64,000 nucleotides of DNA. Source: a virus. The notes under the pieces are model-generated. The model saw only the letters and a list, made by a program, of their open reading frames with translations, was not told the origin of the DNA and did not search any database. Of this stretch, positions 58,773 through 64,000 are shown in pieces (position 1 is the stretch's first letter; each line of letters starts with the position of its first letter). Made by a program: the position numbers and the translations under genes. Location of the stretch: the IMG/VR virus record IMGVR_UViG_3300017971_000042, positions 2,375 to 66,374 of that record; one strand, written 5' to 3'.

Positions 58773-60671
58773 TCAACTACCTATTCCTGCCTTTTTCAAA
58801 AGGTTTTCGAGTGCGTTTTCAACACGGTCATCGAAATCATCACCTAAAGATTCACCCATCTCGGTAACTACCGCTCCTTGTTCAACATGGATTGTATAAT
58901 AGTTATTCGTTACGGATGATCCTCCTCCTCCGAAACCGCCACCTAAATCTAAATCCGAACTCAAATCAGTAATACCACCCACTCCTGTTGTACCGGCTGG
59001 TTTTTTCGTTCTCCATTCTTTGATTAAAGGTGAGGTCTGTGCTGCTGTAATATCAGCTGGACTTATCGCTGTTGGTGACCATGCAGGTCCATAAATCATT
59101 CCCGCAGCCGCCAAAGTCATTGTTGCGTCTCTAACACCCGCTACACTTCTTAATATCCCAGCAGCAAATGTATCGCCGAAAGCCCTCCCTGACTTATCAA
59201 TATCTTTTAGCGGTCCTTCTTTAGCGGGTGAGAAAGGCAATAAATCCCGCAACTTCTGTAATCCCTCTTTGACCGTATTGTATGGGACCATAATTACAGA
59301 TTTTATCCCTGCAACCATATTCAATATTATCTTCTTCCCAGCATCATAAAATCTTCCGGGAAGACTTGAAACAAATCCCCACAACCATTTATAGTAACTA
59401 ATAATAAGATTAATTAACCACTTGAACCCCGTAACGATTGCTTCCCACACCTTTCGCAATGCCCTGCTAACTGTCTCCCAGTTCCGATATAACAAATATG
59501 CTATACCGGCAATTGCGGCTATAGCCAATACAACAGGTCCTGCAGTTGCGATAATTGGACCCAATGCCGTGATGGCGAAAAATTTTAAAGCAAAAAATGC
59601 AAACCCGATACTTTTTATCAATGGAAGTAATTGTAAGGCGTTTGCTACCAAAAAACCTATCCCGCCCGCCACCGAAAATAACACTCCTACTATAGCTACT
59701 ATTGCACCCGATAGTATCGACAACATTCCGATTGTCTTCGCTAATGCCGGATGGGCTTCCAAAAACTTAATTATTGGAATTACAGTAGTAAATATTGCTT
59801 TTCCCACATTTTCAAGGAGCTGAACAGCCTTAATAAAACTATCACCTATAATTTCCGCCCATTTTTTCAGGGAACCGGTTTCTTCTAATTTGCTAAGCCA
59901 CAACAATAATTCACTTAATTTTGTCTTTGAATATTCAAACAATGATTTGCCGGAAATCTGTTTAAATCTGAATATAAAATCCATCATATTGGAAAGCTTG
60001 CCTGTAAAAGTCGCTGCCAATCTCTCCATGCCACCTTCAAACTTCCCGACCATAACGCTTTCAAGAGCCTTTTTTAGTGTATAGATACCCTCCGCAGTTT
60101 GATATGTACCCGACCAACCGACCGCTTTTAACATTTGCGAGGTTACTCCGAATTCTTTTAATCTCTCCAGTCCCCCGCCTGATATAGCATCTGCGACCGC
60201 CTCTACTGCCTGTACAACGCCTTTATTCATTGCACCCGCCATATCACCGGTCAGTGGAAACCATTTTTTTGCACTCAATCCATACATTTCTAATCTTGTA
60301 GTGGCATCAATTACCTCATTTAATTCGAAGGGGGTCTTTGCTGCCGTTATGGTTGCCCAATCAAGCATCTTTCTTGCTTTTTCAGTTGATTTTAATGCTG
60401 TAGTTAGTTGAGCTTCAAATCTCTCCACTTCAGAATTCACCTCAATGAGGCTTTTTCCAATCATCACAAACGGTGCCGTCATAGCTGCACCTGTTAATCC
60501 CATTTTCCAACCACGGCTCCAGTTCTTCTTAGCCATCCCCATAACTTTGTCAGCACGCTCAGCATGCTTTTCAACATTATTCAATGATTTGACAATACCT
60601 CTTGATGCCTTGGTAAGTTTGTCAATCAACGAAAACTTGATACCTATCCCGAAAAGTTTATCTAATGCCAT
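58773..60671 (-). CDS. Tape measure protein
   Basis: AAKTPFEL, ERLKEFG, GKLSN, YRNWE, LPFSPAKEGPL. Confidence 0.9.
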   Translation of the reverse strand: MALDKLFGIGIKFSLIDKLTKASRGIVKSLNNVEKHAERADKVMGMAKKNWSRGWKMGLTGAAMTAPFVMIGKSLIEVNSEVERFEAQLTTALKSTEKARKMLDWATITAAKTPFELNEVIDATTRLEMYGLSAKKWFPLTGDMAGAMNKGVVQAVEAVADAISGGGLERLKEFGVTSQMLKAVGWSGTYQTAEGIYTLKKALESVMVGKFEGGMERLAATFTGKLSNMMDFIFRFKQISGKSLFEYSKTKLSELLLWLSKLEETGSLKKWAEIIGDSFIKAVQLLENVGKAIFTTVIPIIKFLEAHPALAKTIGMLSILSGAIVAIVGVLFSVAGGIGFLVANALQLLPLIKSIGFAFFALKFFAITALGPIIATAGPVVLAIAAIAGIAYLLYRNWETVSRALRKVWEAIVTGFKWLINLIISYYKWLWGFVSSLPGRFYDAGKKIILNMVAGIKSVIMVPYNTVKEGLQKLRDLLPFSPAKEGPLKDIDKSGRAFGDTFAAGILRSVAGVRDATMTLAAAGMIYGPAWSPTAISPADITAAQTSPLIKEWRTKKPAGTTGVGGITDLSSDLDLGGGFGGGGSSVTNNYYTIHVEQGAVVTEMGESLGDDFDDRVENALENLLKKAGIGS

Positions 60672-60683
60672 TAGAGCTGAAAC

Positions 60684-61243
60684 CTATTTATTTTCACCGA
60701 AAACTGTTGCTATTCCCAGGGCTACCATTGCTGAATATCTTTTTTCGAGCCATGTAGCACCTGCCGCTAAATCGAAATATTCTTCATCATCTAAATCATC
60801 CGGATTCACTCCGAAATAATGTCTAATCATTACATCCAGCGCCGCATATGGAGAATTATTTAAAGTCTCCTGGCGACGCCTTAGACGTTTTTTACAATCG
60901 CCTCATCATCTAATCCCACCTTCTCGCTGAAAGGTGTGAATAGTGCAGAGGGCAACTGCGGCATCCGCTCTATCCTCTCGGATAAAGTCTTTAAATCAGG
61001 AAACCTCAGGCAATCAACCAAGGGGATCATCATAGCATCATAGAGCGATTTTCGAGCTTTATCGATAAAACGCTTCATAGTGGGTCGACTGGGTGTCACA
61101 AAGTAATAGATTCCGCCTTTATACTCGAGCCTATAGACCTCACCATTCGGTGATTCTCTTTTCCACTTTTCAATGGTCTCCTTATCGGGCTCCTGATCTG
61201 CTTTTGCTTGGTCAGTGGAATTATTGATCGCTTCGTTTTCCAT
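60684..61243 (-). CDS. Tail assembly chaperone (60881-61243) with -1 frameshift extension to 60684
   Basis: A AAA AAC slippery heptamer at 60893-60887; the -1 frame is open for 67 codons (MIRHYFGVNPDDLDDEEY..A.WLE) to TAG 60684. Confidence 0.8.
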
Positions 61244-61245
61244 AA

Positions 61246-61701
61246 TTAGTTTTCACCTCCGGTTTTAAGGCTGCCCACGTAAAGTTCCAGCTTGACCGTG
61301 TTTTCGGTATCACCCTGTTTGGCAGCAAAATCACGGGATTGAAATAAGCAGTTTTCAAGGCGGTCAACATGCGTAGGGGAATAATTGACCTCTGTAAAAC
61401 CATCGTCTCCCTCAGTTTTAGCGCCATAAGCAACCACAACTACGAAACTATTCATTTCATATAGTTTTCTTCTGGCACCCGCAGCTATTGATATGAGAGT
61501 ATCGTAATCTTCCCTGGTGAGAGTGATATCACCACTGGCTTCGTAATCGGCCGTACCTACTCCGATAGGATATCGTCCGCCACCACGAACAGATTCTCGT
61601 TTCACGGCATCTTTGTAGTTAATTTCTTTCACGTCCGCGACGGGAACACCATTCAAGACAATCTTAATGTCTTCATAAGAGAAGTTTCGTCCATTAATCA
61701 A
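61246..61701 (-). CDS. Tail tube protein
   Basis: MINGRNFSYEDI..EINY..GRYPIGVG..YEASGDITL; follows the sheath gene. Confidence 0.85.
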   Translation of the reverse strand: MINGRNFSYEDIKIVLNGVPVADVKEINYKDAVKRESVRGGGRYPIGVGTADYEASGDITLTREDYDTLISIAAGARRKLYEMNSFVVVVAYGAKTEGDDGFTEVNYSPTHVDRLENCLFQSRDFAAKQGDTENTVKLELYVGSLKTGGEN

Positions 61702-61718
61702 TGTCCACCTCCTTTCTG

Positions 61719-63122
61719 TTAGCCTGTTACCCGGCCGAGGCCGAATACTAAGGTTATATTCTTGATAATTCCAACTGGCTGGATTGTCATCTCCGCTGCG
61801 ACTTCACCGGTACCCAGAACATCAGTTTCTAAAATAGAAAGTTGATAATCCTGAATTTCCCGCTCGATGGTCTTCATGTTTTCCAGAGGCTGTTTGATAT
61901 CAGCCTCAAACATGACCATGGAAGCGGAATCTCCCGTCCCCTCAACCCATGGAATGGCTTTTGCTCTAACCAGCCTGACGGCTTTATAGAGCGTCTCCAA
62001 CCATTCCAGCCTTTGGAAGTCGGAAGTATCAGTATGCATCATGGGAACACGAACGCATCTGTAACCATGACCATCCCAGTATCTGAAGACGGTGAAGCGG
62101 TCATCGTGCAGAGTTTCAATCTGGGTATCGGAAAGATCTATCGGATACAGTCCGGTGATCACAGGAATAGGGAATTGGCGAACCCATCCAATAGATTCAT
62201 GGACTTTTGCAGATCCCCTCAGTCCGCAAAGAATACCGCCGAGATTATGCCATCTGACATTGCCCCTGATATCTGCTACAAATCCGTAGCCAGCATTGAC
62301 ACAGACGGTATAATCATAGTACGCATCCCATTCAGCGCGGATGGCTGTAATCCACTCCGCTGTTGTCTGAGCTGAGGTCTTAGTGATAGCCTCCAGCACC
62401 CAGGTGATATACTGATGATTGGCCAACAATACCGCATTGCCCGTTGAAATTGAAGCCGCGAATGTTGAATCGACACCTTCGGTAACATATACCCGGGTAA
62501 CATCTCTGTCTGCGGTCAGGATAGTAATAGCATCGAGGATCTTAGCCGTTGTTGCTTTTGCTTCTTTCACCCATTGCTGCCAGACATCATCGACAACCAA
62601 CTCCGGAGGAGTGCCGCTGTTGGTGAATGTAATGGTTGCGCCGTCCGGTAAAGTTATGGGTGTTCCCGAAGCCGGGAATGACTTCTCGTCTCCGTAGGTA
62701 TGACCCTCATTATCGGAAAGCTTATACTTCCCATCGGCCACATCCGCACTTGCCCCTTCGGTTACAACAAGCTTGAAATGCCGGTCACAGGTCGGGATTC
62801 CCCCAGCGGCCGCCGTTGCATTACCGGTTCCGGAGGTCTGTGTTGCTACACCATCATCAGCTGCTACAGCTCCGGTCATATCCGGTTTAACATAGTAAAC
62901 CTTTGACGGAGCATTGGGTACGGCGAAGATATCGAGTATCTTCTCTAAGGCTGTCCCGGTAACCAAAAGGTTAATAGCTTCTCGAGGGCTTCCAAGAATG
63001 ACTATCTCCTCCGCTGTAGGATAAGCACTGTTACCGACCACTCCCTGTATCTGAGCATTAGGAGGTAGTATTCCAAGACCACCATCAACAATGGTTTCGT
63101 TTACGCCTGGTAAACCTTGCAT
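61719..63122 (-). CDS. Tail sheath protein (DUF2586-like)
   Basis: LPGVNETIVDGGLG, HESIGWV, SDFQRLE..KAVRLVR, QPVG. Confidence 0.85.
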   Translation of the reverse strand: MQGLPGVNETIVDGGLGILPPNAQIQGVVGNSAYPTAEEIVILGSPREAINLLVTGTALEKILDIFAVPNAPSKVYYVKPDMTGAVAADDGVATQTSGTGNATAAAGGIPTCDRHFKLVVTEGASADVADGKYKLSDNEGHTYGDEKSFPASGTPITLPDGATITFTNSGTPPELVVDDVWQQWVKEAKATTAKILDAITILTADRDVTRVYVTEGVDSTFAASISTGNAVLLANHQYITWVLEAITKTSAQTTAEWITAIRAEWDAYYDYTVCVNAGYGFVADIRGNVRWHNLGGILCGLRGSAKVHESIGWVRQFPIPVITGLYPIDLSDTQIETLHDDRFTVFRYWDGHGYRCVRVPMMHTDTSDFQRLEWLETLYKAVRLVRAKAIPWVEGTGDSASMVMFEADIKQPLENMKTIEREIQDYQLSILETDVLGTGEVAAEMTIQPVGIIKNITLVFGLGRVTG

Positions 63123-63385
63123 TACTTCACCTCCTTGAGTTGCTTTTCTGAACCGCCTAATGGCTTATCCAGAAACTTATTAGCCACCCTTTGGAATTCG
63201 GACTTGGAAACTTCCGTATCCTCTTTCCAGCCACCGGTGGCCATTATCCCACCCATCTTAAAGGCGTTATATCCGAACTCCTCGCACCACTGTTTGACAG
63301 TCTTTTTACCGTCAGACGATGATTTGGGCGGTGTACTACCGGTCTTCAGATTTTTGTTTCCTGAAGAACCTGATTCATTTACCAT
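63122..63385 (-). CDS. Small protein upstream of sheath
   Basis: KTVKQW...GW..DTEVSKSEF....KFL. Confidence 0.6.
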   Translation of the reverse strand: MVNESGSSGNKNLKTGSTPPKSSSDGKKTVKQWCEEFGYNAFKMGGIMATGGWKEDTEVSKSEFQRVANKFLDKPLGGSEKQLKEVK

Positions 63386-63434
63386 TTCACACCTCTGTTA
63401 TTTAAGAATTCATAAATTAAAGAATCTGCTAATT

Positions 63435-64000
63435 TCAAGAAATCACTGATTCGATTTCTCCGGTTACTTCGATTTCACCAATCATGGGAACATCCTTGCT
63501 GACATAGAGGCATCCCTCGACATCTATGATTACTGTACCTCGATATTTATTCACCCTGATATCATGAGTAGGTGACGGCATCTCCTTAATTGATGTTGTT
63601 ATATGAGAGAACGAATCCATCACCACACCAGCTTTATCAGAAAATAGATTTACCAGCTGATCGAGATATCCAGTTGTTTCAGGATCACCCATTAACTCTG
63701 TTTTAGCAGCAGCCAGCAATTCGATATCTACGCTTCCCATGAAACGATAGCTTCGGTATTTCTGAGTAATCAATGACACTGTCTGCCAGGAATATCTGTC
63801 TCCGGTAACTAAATCGCCCACTCCTGTAAATACTATCGTGGTCCCATCACCTATAATTATCCTGCCGTTTGCCGGTACAATGATGGGATCTCCCCATGAC
63901 TCTCCGCCATCCATCGATAGGTGGTACAAAGCTGTTCCCAGCGCACCTCCGGTGATAATCTCCAAAACATAGTCATTATTGCCGCGATGGTCCCCTTCTA
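63435..64000 (-). CDS. Tail completion/terminator-like protein, 5'-partial
   Basis: Frame is open to the window end; position upstream of the sheath; Ig-like insert. Confidence 0.55.
   Translation of the reverse strand, partial: EGDHRGNNDYVLEIITGGALGTALYHLSMDGGESWGDPIIVPANGRIIIGDGTTIVFTGVGDLVTGDRYSWQTVSLITQKYRSYRFMGSVDIELLAAAKTELMGDPETTGYLDQLVNLFSDKAGVVMDSFSHITTSIKEMPSPTHDIRVNKYRGTVIIDVEGCLYVSKDVPMIGEIEVTGEIESVIS

Larger units (their letters stand above)
1..64000. mobile_element. Temperate contractile-tailed phage genome, circularly permuted and nearly complete
   Basis: Capsid, portal, terminase, sheath, tube, tape measure, baseplate, lysis, integrase, repressor and replication genes are all present. 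Head genes run off the left edge and neck/tail genes enter at the right edge on the same strand. Confidence 0.92.

Noticed and set aside
1-64000. CRISPR array, DGR or retron, alternative genetic code
   Set aside because: No repeat-spacer array or reverse transcriptase seen. The 46.8-kb repeat differs at synonymous sites rather than being adenine-specific. Genes are intact under code 11.

Overview
The window is almost entirely one temperate, contractile-tailed (myovirus-type) phage genome, circularly permuted. It opens inside the major capsid gene and ends in the neck/tail-completion region, and a tRNA-3'-end att core (43097-43120) has phage genes on both sides, which fits an attP junction. 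Read on the minus strand from the right, the order is: tail and baseplate; a lysis module interrupted by four signal-peptide genes; a pentapeptide/TM moron; attP, integrase and immunity region; an early operon (SSAP, SbcD, SbcC, HerA-like ATPase, Spo11/TopoVI-A-like protein, ParB, initiator with iterons, DnaB); a ~9 kb plus-strand island of host-type secreted proteins with an IS3; a Lamassu/ABC-three-component cassette with a 5'-truncated effector; then adenine MTase, ParB, terminases, portal-MuF, protease and capsid. The QNYPNPFN-type C-terminal domains point to an FCB-related host such as Zixibacteria (inference). Best leads: (1) a promoter-driven, perfectly paired four-way-junction antisense RNA over the MTase/late-operon leader; (2) exported enzymes translationally coupled inside the lysis cassette; (3) a Spo11-like + Mre11/Rad50-like + HerA + Rad52-like operon. 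All family calls come from motifs read by eye; no database searches were run.
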